From: Azolla caroliniana
Taxonomy: Eukaryota > Plantae > Polypodiophyta
Reading direction: 5' to 3'
DNA length: 64,000 nt
NCBI GenBank assembly: GCA_043228905.1
Contig: JBHGNT010000018.1
Coordinates: 6,262,001 to 6,326,000, forward strand
Position numbers and translations under genes: made by a program. How positions within the stretch are numbered: position 1 is the first letter of the stretch; the number at the start of each line of letters is the position of its first letter. Below the pieces are notes generated by a model. That model had not been told where the DNA came from. It saw nothing but the letters and a program-made list of their open reading frames with translations, and ran no database searches. Of the stretch, positions 9,862 to 24,002 are shown in pieces.

Positions 9862-12038
9862 ATGGCAAGTACGAGTACAATGGATCCGGTAAGGTTGTTT
9901 ATTGAAAAATTGAATCAAGATCAATTATTTCATGCCTTACGAGAAGTTTGAGAGAAGATTGGTGTGTTTGATGGTACAAATATTTCAAAGTATGTCAATA
10001 TATATTATGATGAAATGGAAATGTTTGGTGTGAATGATGTCAATATGATAGCAACCTTTTATAAACTAGCGGAAATGGAATTAAGAGATAGAATTCGTGA
10101 AATACAAGCATTGCATAGTTTGGATTGGAATGCATTCTTGAAGAAGTGCTTGTGACTGAATATTCTCGTGAAGATTTCTCTCGAGTTACTATGCATTCAT
10201 TTCATGAATGGATCTTAAACAAAGATAAAGGGTTGTTTGTGGCTGACACAAAAAAAGAGTTTGATAGGATGTATGGACACTTAAAGCCAGAAGAAAGAAA
10301 TTCTTTGTCTTGGCAAAAGGTTGCTTTATTTTTGTAGGAAATTGACAAGATATATAGAAAAGAATTGGAATTTACACTTGAAGTGCCAAATACCGAGGAT
10401 GGTATAACGGCAGATTGGAATGAGGTAACAAATGCTTGTAATAAGTTTATGAAAAGAATGCAAAGGAATGGTGTAATGCTACAAATACCACATGTGGGAA
10501 CCATGAATCGGCTTGATCAGAACATTGAAGTTCAAAGACTTGGTCAAGAACCATCACATGAAATGGTGCATCAACCATGAGAAATGACGGGAACTAAGAG
10601 TGAGTTTTTGCTTGATGATTTACTTCAAAGTATGAAAGATCTAACAATTAAAGTGGCAAAGCTTGAGAATGGTCAGACTTCAAGATCAAGGGAACCATTT
10701 CGACCTCGATGCATGTGGTGTGATAGTCTTGAACATCGTCTACGTGATTGTGAAGAATATAAAGACATGGAAAATCGGGACTTGGTCTATTGGAAAAATG
10801 GTAACATTTACTTAACTGAAACTAGAACTCCACTTACAAAGAACTTTGGTAATGGTGGTGTTAAGGTTAAATTTGAAGAAGCTGAAGCAAAGAAGGTTTT
10901 CGCAATGTACTACTCGGCAACGGCAGGAATGCGCCTCGATGACATGCCATCCCGATCATCATTCTGGGAGAAGGTTGTAAGTTTGGCACAAAAGCAAAAG
11001 CTGAAGATGGAAGAGCTTCGTGTTGCCGGAGATTCTGTAAGGAAAAATACTGGATGGGATGTTCCGGTAGATGCTATGACAGTCTATGCTCAGATGGCAG
11101 AACACCAAGACCATGAGGTGATAGTGGAAGAAAAAAGGAAAAGGCCGGATGATGAGATTGGCTCAACAAACAAGCATGAGACAAGAGAAAGCAAAAGAAA
11201 AGAGATGGATGCAAAAGTCGATAAAGGTAAAATTGGTCCTTCATTCAAATTAATGTCTAATATTGAAAAAGATACAGATTTAAAGAAAATTTTAGAAACA
11301 AGAATACTAGATAGTCGAGTAGAATTTACACTAAGAGAAGTGTTAGGTATTGCAGAAAAGGAATTTCATGATGAAATAATTGATATTGTGCGAAGAAAGA
11401 AGCAAGGAAATGAGTAGGTTAAAGAAACAAATCTGAAGGTGGCATATGAAGTGGTAAGCAATGAGTCGAACAATATCATTGTTGACTCTCAACATGCATC
11501 AACCTCAATGATAAGTTCAACAGAGACAAGAAGCCACTACTCTCACAAATGTTGGGCAAGATCAACTATTGAGCATCATGTGAAGATTGGAAATGTTCCA
11601 GACCCAGTGATGGCACTTATTGATCATGGTTCTGAAATAAATATAATGAGTGCTGATTTTTACAGGAAAGGTAGATGGCCAATTGATACTCAACATGGTT
11701 GGCGAGTAAAAGCCGCCACATCAGTCACGGAAGATTTATTTGGTGCATGCCCAAATGTAAAGGTTACTATTGGCGATATATAGGTAGATCAACATTTCTT
11801 TGTGTAGGAGGGATCTACCAATCCAATAATCTTGGGGCAACCATACATTACAGCGGTACGGATGGAGACCAAAGTCCTCGACAATGGTTCTGCCTATGCG
11901 AAAATCCGTAGCCAAGATGGACGACGAACTGTACAATTTATGACAGTTCGCCCAAATCATGAGAGGAACAAGCAAGAGCTTCGTGATCATTCAATACCAA
12001 AAGACTGTGATGATTTTGATAATCAGGTTTTTGACTAG
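9862..12038 (+). pseudogene. gag-protease of the Phygy-like gypsy (several stops and frameshifts)
   Basis: Zinc knuckle CMWCDSLEHRLRDC (Cx2Cx4Hx4C) in ORF 10584-11417 and aspartic protease motif ALIDHGSEINIM in 11439-11783. Confidence 0.85.
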
Positions 12039-12938
12039 GACTGTTGCGAGTGAGGATTGCAATAGTCCCATTATTAAAAGACCCTCATATAGGGCATTAC
12101 AACATATGAATAAATCATTTCATGTTTCTGAAAGTGGTGCTATATGTGTGACTAGGATGTATGAATGCAAGAGGAACTTGAAAAAGAATGTTAATCTGTT
12201 TCAGCAGGCATTGAAGGATAATGGAGTACTTGAAATGGAAGAGCAGATTGAAAGTGTTATGGAAGAAATTTCTTTTGCAAATACTTTAGAAGAGTTAGAA
12301 ATGTATTTGAAAGAAGATGATGAGAATGTTAGAAAGATACATGCAAACTCAATTGATATGTATTATGAGATTGATAGGTATAATTGTAAATATGAAGAAG
12401 TAGAAAGTTTATGTAATACAAAATACAAAACAATAGATAAAAAGGTCAAACCTACTGCAGTACCATTACCTATTGGTAGTGAAGAGAAGATAGAGGCAGC
12501 AACAACCGAGCCTATGCTTCGACCAATAGAGAAGATCGGACATCACTTCACTTCGGAGACAATAAATAACTTGAGAATCGGAGGGGGTGAATTTCTTTTG
12601 CAATCAGAGATCGCGACTTTCAAAGAAATGATCTTTAGGCATGGGAAAGCGTTTGCATTCAAAGCTGAGGACATTGGTTGTGTACAGCGTTGTTTACGTA
12701 CGCATATTTAACGTATCAATACGTATAATACCTTCTTATTTGTATAGTACGTACCATACGTCAAAGTTGTTCATTCAAATGTCATATACATTCGTCTAAT
12801 ACGGTATTTAACGTACCTTTAAAAAAATACGTATAGTACGTATTTATAGAAAATGTGAGTAAAACCCTAAAGAAAGCAAAAGAAAAGAACAACTTTAGTA
12901 AAATAGAAGGAAGGAAGAAAGACGGACAGAATAGACTT

Positions 12939-13190
12939 AGAAGAAGAAGAAGAAGAAGAAGAAGAAACAGAAAAAGCAGAAGAAGAAGAAGAAGAAGAAG
13001 AAGAAGAAGAAGCACTAGAAGAAGAAGAAGAAGCAGAAGAAGAAGCAGAAGAAGAAGAAGAAGAAGAAGAAGAAGCAGAAGAAGAAGTAGAAGAAGAAGA
13101 AGTAGAAGAAGAAGAAGAAGAAGAAGAACAAGAACAAGAACAAGAAGCACAAGAAGAAGAACAAGAAGAACAAGAAGAACAAGAAGAAAA
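12939..13190. repeat. (GAA)n microsatellite array with GCA/GTA/ACA interruptions
   Basis: About 250-bp nearly pure purine tract inside the hAT element. Confidence 0.95.
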
Positions 13191-13830
13191 TAAAATCAGG
13201 TTAGTGAATATGTTTCTTTCTTTTATTTTTTATGATTAAGTATACCTCCCATTTTGTTGTATTCCAATGTCAAGTTGTATGATAATACCAAATGACAAGG
13301 GAGATTTAATTTTTAGTTGATCTAGTTTACGTATGCTTGTGTCCAGCAATCTATCTATTCCACAATAATGCATCTATACAAGTAACAAATTGGTAGACAA
13401 TTGTAATTGACGTCATGCAATAAAACTCTCCTCTTTGCAAGTGTTGAGATCAAATATTATAGGAACCATGTGTTGAAACTCAAACATGTATGTATACATG
13501 TAGACAATGTGTTCAAAATCTTTCACAATTTGTAGCATTAGCTAATCCTTTGCTTATTGATTTTAGTGGTTGTATCGTATTTGAATTCATTTTAGAAATT
13601 GATCATTCTAATTTACTTTCCATGTTACTATAAATGACATTGGTTTCCAGAAACATTGAAGATCTCAATTTCGTGTCATGGGAAAAGTGCTTGGTCCTTT
13701 TTTAATGATGTCCCATTTTTTATCATTTGCAATGCATATTTATTTTTGTTAACAACTACTCATTTTTTGGAATATCATGGTTTTGGTTGTCTACTTTTGA
13801 ATGTGATGGGTATGAATAAATGTGCACTTG

Positions 13831-14304
13831 CTAGAACCCTTTCAATACAGCCTCCATATACATGGATTGTCCTTTATCTGTAGGCCCTAATAAACCGCAC
13901 ACTTTTAGGACATGGGCAATGTATATGCATCCGGAAAGATTCCATCAACTTGCATTTTATCGAAAGAATCTAATGCTTTCTCAGTAGTTCTATACTCAAC
14001 AAACCCTCCAATGAGAGCATTCCTTTAAGACACAAGAAAAGGTGAAAGTGTTTGGTAGTAATAAGTATCCCCTCATCTTGTATCTTTTCAAAAAGCTTTT
14101 CAGTGCATCCTCAACGGGTCCATGCTCAGCATATCATGCAATCAATGTTGTCCATAATACCACATCTCGGTTGGACATTCGGTTGAAAACATTTTGCACT
14201 TCCACTATAGATCCACATTTGACATACATATCTAGCAAAGCACTATGAATAAATAGATCTTCATCGAACCCTTTCTGTACATCTTCAAGATGGATTTCTT
14301 GACC
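13831..14304 (-). pseudogene. Captured PLS-class pentatricopeptide-repeat (PPR) gene fragment
   Basis: GQEIH..VQKGFDEDLFIHSALLDMYVKCGSIVEVQNVFNRMSNRDVVLWTTLIA*YAEHG..EDAL..FEKIQDEG..NTFTFSCVLK, then WNALIGGFVEY..EKALDSFDKMQVDGIFPDAYT..HVLKVCG. These are typical P/L/S motifs, with stops and frameshifts. Confidence 0.85.
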
Positions 14305-14744
14305 AAATTCTACTTCCCTTTTGGGTTCCAAACTTGTTGAATTTTTTGCTTTTATGCATGTCGTTATTACGTTAAGCATTAAGGCTCTTTAGTTAAGTTA
14401 TGGTAATTTTTGCTTCCTTTTTAGCTTCCAAAAGAGTTGAATTTTCTGTTTTTATACATGTCCTTAATTGTAACATTTTCTTGCATTTGCTTTCTATGAA
14501 TAAAAGATACTCTTGAGTATCCTGTAGTTGCTTATTTAAAGTAGTATAATCCTCATCCTCCCTGAAGGTTGATCTATTCAAAGTTTTCAGTTCTTCAATT
14601 TGCTTTAATGCATTCATATAATCTTGCTCCTCTTTTTGTGCATTATTTTCCATTTTCAATATCTCAATTTTATTGATTTGTAGAAAATAAAGAAGGAAAA
14701 TGTCATCCATTAAGAACAAATATTGGGATACATGTTGCCTGAAT

Positions 14745-15575
14745 GACGCCAGTCACATGGTGGGAAAATTTTGGTGGAAGAACTCCAAAGCTCCAAGCAT
14801 TAGCTGTCCGCATATTATCCCAAGTAAGTGTCAAGTTTTGAAAAAATGATCAATTTTATAGTTAAGTTCTAAAATACTGCACTTTTGTGTACTACCTTTT
14901 ATTTCATATTTTGTTTTCTATTAGGATTGCTCTTCTGGGGCAGCAGAAAGGAATTGGAATGCACATGCTCTCGCACATACAAAAAATAGAAACAGACGAA
15001 AGGTAGCACAACTTGAACGATTGGTATGTGCGAGAGAACTTAAGGCTAGTTCGCAAGTTTGAGACTGTGAATGCATCTCCAATGCAGGTATTGTTTTATT
15101 CACTTCTTATAATTTACATTCCTCAAATTTCGTTAAGCTTTTATAAACTTGTTTGCAGGTGAATCCAAATGAGATAGATGTCTCTAAGACTCCTAATATT
15201 CCATCTATTAGCCACGAGAATGATATGGATAGAGAATTCTATGAAACTTATTTTCAAGAAACAATGAGCATGAGAAGAAGGACAAGGACCATGACAAGAT
15301 CACATACGACAACATCAAGCGATGGAGTCCCTATTGATCGAATACGGAGGCAGAGGCCAAGAAGAGATGATGAGCGGTCTTCTTGTAATAGGAGAATAAC
15401 AAGATCAAGTACATTTGCTTCTTTACCACCAAATGATCAAGATAATGTCAATGGAATAGAAGAAGCAATTCATACAAATTATGATGATCTTACTGACGAA
15501 GAACCTATGTTGATGTCATCAACTAACACTGAATCTGATGATGAAGATGGTGATTGTGATGAGGACGAGATCTAA
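14745..15575 (+). pseudogene. hAT transposase C-terminal remnant (Dimer_Tnp_hAT-like domain and acidic tail) with two GT-AG introns
   Basis: TPVTWWENFGGRTPKLQALAVR..LSQ; intron 14824-14924; DCSSGAAERNWNAHALAHTKNRNR..LERLV; intron 15088-15158; acidic tail ending DDEDGDCDEDEI*. Confidence 0.85.
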
Positions 15576-16407
15576 TGACTAATATTTCTGATTTCTATAC
15601 ATTATTACTAAGCTCAATAGTCATATGTTACTTTTCTTTGATCTAAGCCCATTTTGATACATTGGAGTCTTGGACATAGTTCAAGTTATGTGTTTTTAGA
15701 AGTCAAATATCTGATGTTATGTGTTGTTAAGGTTTTTTTCTAAATTTTGTTCCTACAATGCATTCTATTTCTTTGACAAAATGCAATGTAAGTATATCTC
15801 AAATATTTGATGTTATGCGTTCTGAAGGTTTTTTCCAAATCAAAAGATGTGGTCTTTTCTTCAATAGGTATGTTGCACTTCTTGTCAAAGTGTTGTTTTT
15901 GTCAAAAGTACGATTTTTTTTGTAGAATTTTAGCTTGTCATGACTCATCATGTGAATTCCCTCAATCATGTGAGGGATATACAGTTTTTGCTTCGTGGCC
16001 TTGGCTGTTGTTGTAAATGCCCAACAAGTTTGGGTTTTTTTTTACCTAACAAATATCTATTTGATTTGTTGATTTGTATCCTTTTGATTCTCATATTTGC
16101 TCGATTTGCCCTTTAGTACTTTTAAGATGCAACTACAGCCATGGAATGCTTCGTTACATTGCATATACACGGTTACAATATTACAATATTACAAATATTT
16201 TTTAAGAAAGTAAATAAATTTCAAATTCTAGAAGTATTTAACGTATTTAACGTACTATACATATTTTATGTATTTTATAGGTATTTAACATACTAAAAAA
16301 CGTATTTAACATATTTTAAAATTGGGAGGTACTATACCCGTATTAATACGTTAAATACGTATGGTATCAGTACCGTACCTAACGTACCTAACAATCATGG
16401 TTGTGTA

Positions 16408-19193
16408 GATCCAAAGGTGGTGATGCCAATGGTAATATTTACTATCCCTCATATTCCTTGGAATTTTAAACCTATTGCAGTACCTAGAGCTCGATTACCT
16501 CAATTGTTGGAGCTGCTGAAGGATAAAGTCAAGATGAAGATTTTAGAGCCTTCAAATGCACCATACTCCAATAGATGGTTCACAGTTCCAAAGAAAGATG
16601 GTTCTCTAAGATTCATTCAAGATCTACAACCAGTCAACAAAGTCACAATCCGAAATGCAAGAATCGGACCGATCGTTGATGAATTTGTGGAAGCGTTTGC
16701 TGGGAGAGCAATTTACTCTATGGGAGACCTATATCCAGGATACGACCAATTTCAACTAGCAATTGATAGTCGCAATATTACAACAATGAAAACACCAATT
16801 GGGTTGGTTCGAATGTGCACTCTACCTCAAGGTGTGACAAATTCAGTTGCTCATATGATGAATGCAATGAACAAGGTTCTACATGAGTACATCCCAAAGG
16901 TAACTATGCCATTTTTAAAGGATATTCCTATTAAGGGATGCTTAGAAAGAGAGAAAGATGAGACTATGGTTGGAAATGGTTGCAGAAAGTTTGTGATGGA
17001 TCACATTAATGATTGTGAAAGTATTTTAAATAAGCTTGAGCAGGTACATTTGACACTATCAGGAACAAAGTCAAGCTTTGGGCAGAACGAAGTTCTGATA
17101 GTTGGTCATATGTGTGGCTGGTATGGGAGGAAGTCGTCATTGATCAAAATTAACGCAATACAAAATATGAAGGAAGTTTGCGACTCGGTAACAGAGGTGA
17201 GAAGATTTTTGGGTGCATGTGTGTTTTATCATATTTGTTACCACACTTTGCACATGTCTCAGATCCTCTCTACCAACTTTTAAGAAAAGGGAAGAAGTTT
17301 ATTTGGACTAATGAACATACACAAGTTGTTCAACAGCTGAAAGAAGCATTATTGAAAGCACCAGTTCTTCGTCAACCAGACTACAAAGGTGAAAAACCAA
17401 TTATAGTAACAGTTGATACTAGCCCAATCGGGATCGGTTGGGTTATCAACCAAGAAGATGAAAACCAACATCGATATGCTATCAGGTTTGGAGCAAAGAT
17501 ATTAAATGATAGACAAAGAAATTATGCACAAGTTAAACGAGAATTGTGGGGTTTGCTTACTACATTAAGAACAGATAGAGATTCTTGATCGGAGCAAATG
17601 TAGTGGTTGAAACAGATTGTTTGCCACTCATCGGAATGGTAGCAAGTTGCACGACACTAGATATTGCAATGCTTCGGTGGATTGCATAGATCAGAACCAT
17701 GAACCCAAAATTGCGGGATATAAAGGGAAAAGACAACCCAGTTGCAGATATGCTGTCAAGGGCAAGGTTCATAAATGAAAAGGTGATGCAAAGTGAAGAT
17801 AAGAATTGGGCAACTACAAGCCGTCAAGTTGCTCATCAAGTACCTATTAAGCCTCATGATGAGTTTAATGTAAGTATAATGTTCAAAGATGAGGAGTATG
17901 AAGGTCAATCGTTAGAAATAGGAAATTTTCTAAAGACTCAAGAAGCCAACCCATCATGGTCGAAGAAACAATTAAATGAATTTCGAAGATGAGCATTCAA
18001 GTTTTTTTTACATGAAGGGCATTTATGGAGGCGTCCAAAAAGGCCAACCGAAAATCCTCTTCGAGTCATTTGTAAGGATGACATTAAGAGAAAATTAATT
18101 AATGAATTCCATGATAGTTTATGGGCAGGACATAGAGGCATTTGGGCGACATTTATGAAGTTGAAAGAAAAGTATTGGTGGCCACATATGTATAAAGATG
18201 TAACGAAATTTGTGGAAACCTGTGAGGTCTGCCAGAGGTATTCAACTATCCGGTATCGAGATGAGCTAAAACCAACATATTCATCATCAATGCATTATAA
18301 ATGGATGGTCGATCTAGTGACAATGCCACTTGGGGAAGGTCAAATGCGATATTTAGTACTAGCAAGAGAAGACATTACAAACCAAGTAGAAGGAAGACCA
18401 CTACGACAAAAAACAACTAGAGTTGTACGTAAATTTTTGATAGAAGATGTAATATGTCATTACAAGCGTGTTGGTAAAATAATTGTAGATAGAGGAGAAC
18501 TCGACTCTGATGAAGCTAGAGAATTCTTCAGCCGAATAGGGGTCAAATTATCACTTACAACTGCGTATAATCTAGAAGCCAATAGAAAGATTGAAAGAGG
18601 ACATAGCCCAATAGTTAAGGCGATCGTGAAAAGCTGTAAAGGTAAAATAAGAGATTGGCCACGCATGCTACCTTATGCATGATCGAACAACTCATAGTTC
18701 AGTAACAGGATACATGCCAGCTGAATTGATACTTGGCCAAAAGCCCGTCATGTCGGTAAAAGAATCAATTATGTCATGGATATCTATTCCATGGAGAGAA
18801 GAGGTGAGCAAAGAAGAATTACTTGCTTTGCGAATTCAACAATTAGAGCGTCGACCTGAAGATATAGAAATAGCAGCCCAACGATTAAAGGAGGCTCGAT
18901 TGAAGAATAAAATTCGTTTTGATAAAACTCATAGAATTCGACCTAAGAAAATAGAAAAAGGAGATTGGGTGCTCGTGTATGATAGCAGTTTAGATAATCA
19001 ACATAGCACCGTCCGCAAGTTCGCTGAAAGATGGTTTGGGCCTTATATAGTATATGATAACTTTACTTATAAGCTTAGTGAATTGGATGGGACACTAATC
19101 CTAAACGTGGTAGCTGGAAAGAGGATAAAAGTATTTAAGAAAAGGTTTGAGCTTGAACCTCCTCCAATAGATCAACATGAAGATGAAAGATAG
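16408..19193 (+). pseudogene. RT-RNase H-integrase of the Phygy-like gypsy (continuation of pol begun about 12040-12684)
   Basis: FIQDLQPVNKVT, GDLYPGYDQF, LPQGVTNS, PFLKDIPIKG (first catalytic D mutated); RH VDTSPIGIGW..RNYAQVKREL; IN HDSLWAGH..CEVC, IIVDRGE, AYNLEANRKIERGH. No chromodomain. Confidence 0.9.
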
Positions 19194-19233
19194 TGGCACG
19201 TGTCGGTGGATGTGCAGGTCTAGAGGGGATGGA

Positions 19234-20338
19234 TGTCGTGAAGTACGAAAGCTTCACATTAAAAGTCTACAATAAGATAAATACGTAACTAAAATAACAT
19301 TTGATAATGTTTTATAAATAAAGATAATATTAACAACACATATGATAATATTATATATATGTAAAGAAAAATAATATATATATAGATAAATATATTATAT
19401 TACACGAACAAAAGAGGACTTGAACCAATAACCCCACCCTATGACTTTCAAATCTTACCATTTACTCTATACTAATAATATATATAAAATAAAGGATTTG
19501 CGTCATGATATAAAAACGAAGTTACATGTTGTAAATTCAATAATATTTGAGAGACTCAAACCCACAACCTCATATACCAAAGTCAACACACCTACCATTA
19601 GGCTAGGTCCTTTGTTTTTAAAACTATATTTTCATGTTTATTCTTATGCCATATTTTTTTCATACATGAAAGCTCAAATGAGCGAGATGCCTATCATGCA
19701 TCACATGTAATGCATGAACGCCAAATGGAGATCATGCATCACATGCATTTCATCCACTACATGCATGACTTGTACCCTCCAATGCATCATATGCATGGGG
19801 ACACCTACTTAAATGGTGAAAGAGAAGATGAAAGGAGATATGTATGAGATATCAATCAAATTATGTATTACATAAGAGATACCATAAAAATAGAGAAAAA
19901 AGGGAAGAAGTTTAACATAAACATGGAGCTCTAGCTTGGCGGTCGTGGTGGTCAACTCTCAACAAGAGGGAGGCGGTTCGAGCCTTATCTTCATCAAAAT
20001 ATTGAAGTGAAGATTGTAGTGTTCTACGATCAAGAAAGAGAAGAGCGATTACCTTGCAAGACAAAGTTTGGAGGTTCAACGACGTGCACAATCATTTTGT
20101 AACTCTTTCATGAAAATGATTATAAATTTCATACACTTTCTCATATATTATTTTATATCTTATCTTGTCTTATCTTATATTCCTTAAAAATCCTATTTTG
20201 TCATATCTTATTGATCTCTATTCACTCCATCTCTACTCTTTCGTCTCTTCCGTCCATAATCCCAGTGATTCCTTCCTCACTTTCATGTTATCGTTTGTGT
20301 GCGCAACGCTACGCTTCTAGGCGAGCCACGTCACGACA
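19234..20338 (+). repeat. 3' LTR (1105 bp) of the Phygy-like gypsy
   Basis: Direct repeat of 8637-9793, preceded by the PPT. Confidence 0.95.
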
Positions 20339-20999
20339 CCGTATCTACGGTTACATTATGGATATTATGAATATATCGTTGTAAAAGATGATATGAGTCC
20401 ATAATTCCTCTTCTCTCCGATATATTGCCGGAATTATGGGGGTGCTTATTGGCAGTTGTGTGGGGGCAATACGACAATATGACAGGCTCTTCGGAGGTTG
20501 TTTTGAAGAAAAGGAAAAAATTACTGCAATTATGGAGGAAGTTTCCTCTATTCACAATCACCCCTGGTCCTTGCCTTGACCACTTCTTTTGTATATAATA
20601 CTCTCTGATTTTACATTTTTGTAGCCCTCCGGTGCTTTTCTTAATACTAATGAAAGAAATTTTTCAAGGAATAAAAAAAGACCCCAAAATGAAGTTTTGA
20701 AGTGGATCACTCTTTGGTTCAAACAACTTGGATTTAAATACACATTTTTGGCACAACAAATAGTAGATTTGTGAAAGTAGTTATAAATCCTTGAGACATG
20801 TTCAAGAAACAATAAGTATACATATGGAGTATAATTAAGATCTAGATAGAAATGGGGAGATTTCCTTGATTCACAATGCCGAGTCTACAATCAACACCTT
20901 CTTCACCTTGGTCATTGTAAACCCCCCATGCACCCTCGATTCGCCACCCTACGAAAGTCTTTGTTTTTTGTCACCAAAGGCTTAGCACAATTTGGACAT

Positions 21000-21080
21000 A
21001 GGGGTAGTTTGGTAAATTTGGAACTTCCAGGGGCATTCTGGTAAATAGATGAACTTCCAGGGTTATCCTGGTACTTTTCC
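21000..21080. repeat. Three degenerate tandem units of about 29 bp (AGGGG..TGGTAAAT..GAACTTCC)
   Basis: Directly visible; probably part of an old, unidentified TE. Confidence 0.5.
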
Positions 21081-23599
21081 CTAGAATCTTCTTTCTCCTC
21101 ACCATTCTTCAATATTGATACAATGTTAGGGTTTTATCGTTTTTATCTTTTGCGAACTTGAACATTTTGAGATGCACTTTCATACATTCTTCACCAAACC
21201 AACATTTCATGGGAAATTGATGTCCACCTATATGTGCACTAAAATGCCAATACCCTACCTTGAGGATGATATCCTCCAATTGCGTCCAATTTGTTTTCAT
21301 ATTTTTACTTAAGGGAGAAGTTCATGATATAACTCTCAACCTCATTTTGACATAGATAAGCTTTGACAAAGCAAGGTCACATAATGTACCTCCTTTCCTT
21401 TTGTACTCCAATACATTGGTCAATGTGTGTGTGTATTTTGTTCCAATGTGCAAGTACAAGGGCTATTGGGAAACAATGAGCCATTGGAGAGGACGGGCTA
21501 TAAGAGAAAACACGTTACTAGAGAGAACGGACTAGGAGAGAGAACAAGCTAGTTGAGAGAATGAGCTACTAGAGAGAACAATGTTTATTTGGGTCAACCT
21601 TAAATTGTCCTAAATGAATTATTGCTTGAGATATGATGCACATTAAGAGACCTTTAATACACTCAATGACATATCTTTGTGGGCAATGGAATATGCTCAA
21701 TCATTCTAGAAGTATGTCAAATTCTTTTGATAATTGTAAACAAGAGTTTGCTAGGGAGAACCCTTAAGGAGGTGACACTACTAAAAAGAATCCACAATTG
21801 CTAGAAGTACTTTCCCATGAATCACGTAGTTGATTTTTGCATGAAAGGAAACTGAATGTAGGTTCCCATCACGATGCTTTATGATAAGACACTCTCAAGA
21901 GAAAAATCTCAAGAATTGACTTCTATAAATAGGGATTGGCTAGGTTGACATGGATCATAATGGGGTTCAAGTAAATGCTTGCTTTGAGCTTTCAAATGCC
22001 TCAACTACACCTAAATTTGAAGTAAATGGTTAGTTTTTCTAAGCGAATCTCAAGAAGAATTTCACATCTTGCACAATAAACATGGTGTTCCGCAATATAG
22101 AACCATTGAAATGTTTGTTAGGTTCCTCGAGGACTCTACATAACCAAGAAACTCCACTTGGAGACACTTCCAATAAATCACAGTGTCATTTGTATCGCAA
22201 CCCTACTGTAACTAGCACTTGCTCTCGATCTCTCTTGTTAACTCCAACTGACTAAAAATTATCAGTAAGCACGCATACGCATAGGAAGAGTAACAGATAA
22301 CATGAACACTGATTCTATTATGAAGGCGTATAAAACACATATAGGAGGTAGAGTGATTAGGGTTTGGCTAATTAAAACTTAACCTTAATCACTCTTTAGC
22401 TCAAGTGAAAGAATGAAATGGAAGAGTTAGATCTCTAGTACAACTATTTGAAAGGAGAAAACCCAAGATGGAAGAAGAGCTACTAAAGTCACTAGGTTTT
22501 TACGCTAAGATTGGGCCCCTTCTAAATTAGGGTGGCGATTTGGCTTTTTTGTAAGTGTCCTCTTGAGCTTTATCCATATACTTGGTGTCAATGTCCTCGT
22601 GGTTCTTGACCCAAATGGTATGTACTTAACATTTGTGGACAACGCAAGATTTCTGTTTAGAATTTTGAGTATTAAACCTTTGAGTCTATGGTACAATGTC
22701 TCAATTCAATTGTCTTATTGTAATTGTAATTGTGTCTCCCTACCATTTATAGATCATGCATTAGTGGAACAAGTTGATGCATGGAAGTCTCAAATACATG
22801 TACTCAAAGAAGCAATAACATTATTTGAGTTGAGATTTGGATATGTTGAGAGACCATCTCAACCAGCCAAGCTTGAGGGGGGAGTGTTAACCTCTCAGGG
22901 CCAAAGTTAGGAACGAGTTTTAAAATGAAGAAGAGAATGAGAAGCGAAAGATATGAGAGAGATAAGAAGAATTTGATAATGTATTAACAACGAGAGCAAT
23001 GTTTACAAGAATATGCTGAAGACTCGCATTGAACCAGAATGGTTCATCAATAGTCAAATACATGTTTATATAGCATGGTTTGGATACATGCATGCTCGCC
23101 ACCTCATAGGCACGCATGATCGTCACTTGGCATTCATGCAAGCATGCCCCTTGGCAATCATGTGTTAGCCTATGCAAGGTGGCGACATTTCCAGAATATT
23201 ATCATATGTATTTCCTATTGATATAATAGAATTTATTATTTAATATATATAATATGATGTATCCTAATGGATGGGGTTGTATGCTTCCTTTGAGGAGGTC
23301 ATGGGTTTGAATCACTATAAAGCTTATTGGGTTTTGTATACACATGACATAACCAACCACATTCAATGTTGTTGATGTAAGTCTAGTAGGATACTTAACA
23401 ACCACATTCAATGTGATTGGTGTAACTCTAGTAATAAAATATGAGCAAGACCACTAGGGATTTGAACAAAAGAGGATGGATTGATTCATGTTTTCCAAAT
23501 GCGATATTCAAGGATGTTGAAGTCATGATTACTTTAATGTACGTGAGTGTTTTAAATTGTAGGTTGATTGTGTGTAAGTATTTTTGACCACATGAGAGG

Positions 23600-24000
23600 T
23601 AGATCTCTAACTTTTAATATTAATATTTAATTTAATCTATTTTGATTTATTTAATTAATTTATTATTATTATAGTTTTCGTTGTTGTAGTTATTATTATT
23701 ACTACTTTTATTAATTATTATTATTTTAATAATAATTAATATTATGATTAACTAATATTGTTATTACTTCCTTTATAATAATAATAATTGAATTAATAAT
23801 ATTATTAATCTATTACTTTATTTATTTATTTATTTTTAATCTTGTTTGTGGAAATTATTCTTATTGTTATTTTATTTTTAAATTTATTTTTATTTCTTAT
23901 ATTTATATTATTATTATTATTAAGGTTAATATTATTTTTTATTTTATTATTTATTGATTTTTATATGCTTATATGTATATGTATTAACCATACATATTTA
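23600..24000. repeat. Very AT-rich low-complexity tract (TTA/TTTA)
   Basis: Directly visible. Confidence 0.8.
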
Positions 24001-24002
24001 GG

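Larger units (their letters stand above)
12685..16399 (+). mobile_element. Non-autonomous hAT DNA transposon derivative (Pack-hAT) inserted in gypsy pol
   Basis: 8-bp TSD GTTGTGTA (12677-12684, 16400-16407); removing the insert restores EDIGCV-DPKVVMP. Degenerate TIRs CAGCGTTGTTTACGTACG and (rc) CATGATTGTTAGGTACG. Subterminal GTATTTAAC/ACGTA repeats at both ends. hAT dimerisation-domain remnant inside. Confidence 0.9.
8637..20338 (+). mobile_element. Ty3/gypsy non-chromovirus LTR retrotransposon (Phygy-like, lineage tentative), full length but defective, interrupted by a hAT element
   Basis: LTRs 8637-9793 and 19234-20338 with TGTCGTGA...TCACGACA termini. 4-bp TSD CCGT (8633-8636, 20339-20342). 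PBS at 9800-9817, PPT AGAGGGGATGGA at 19222-19233. Domain order gag-PR-RT-RH-IN. Confidence 0.93.

Noticed and set aside
12024-12040. Possible slippery site G GTT TTT at the end of gypsy gag-PR
   Set aside because: In this copy the -1 frame hits TGA immediately and the downstream ORF is +1; the element is too decayed to call.
12782-13193. Poly-Leu and protamine-like poly-Arg ORFs
   Set aside because: Translations of the (GAA)n array.
22193-23200. Possible old LTR pieces and a PPT-like CTTGAGGGGGGAG-TGTTAA at 22872-22890
   Set aside because: No partner LTR, TSD or recognisable ORF, so boundaries cannot be supported.
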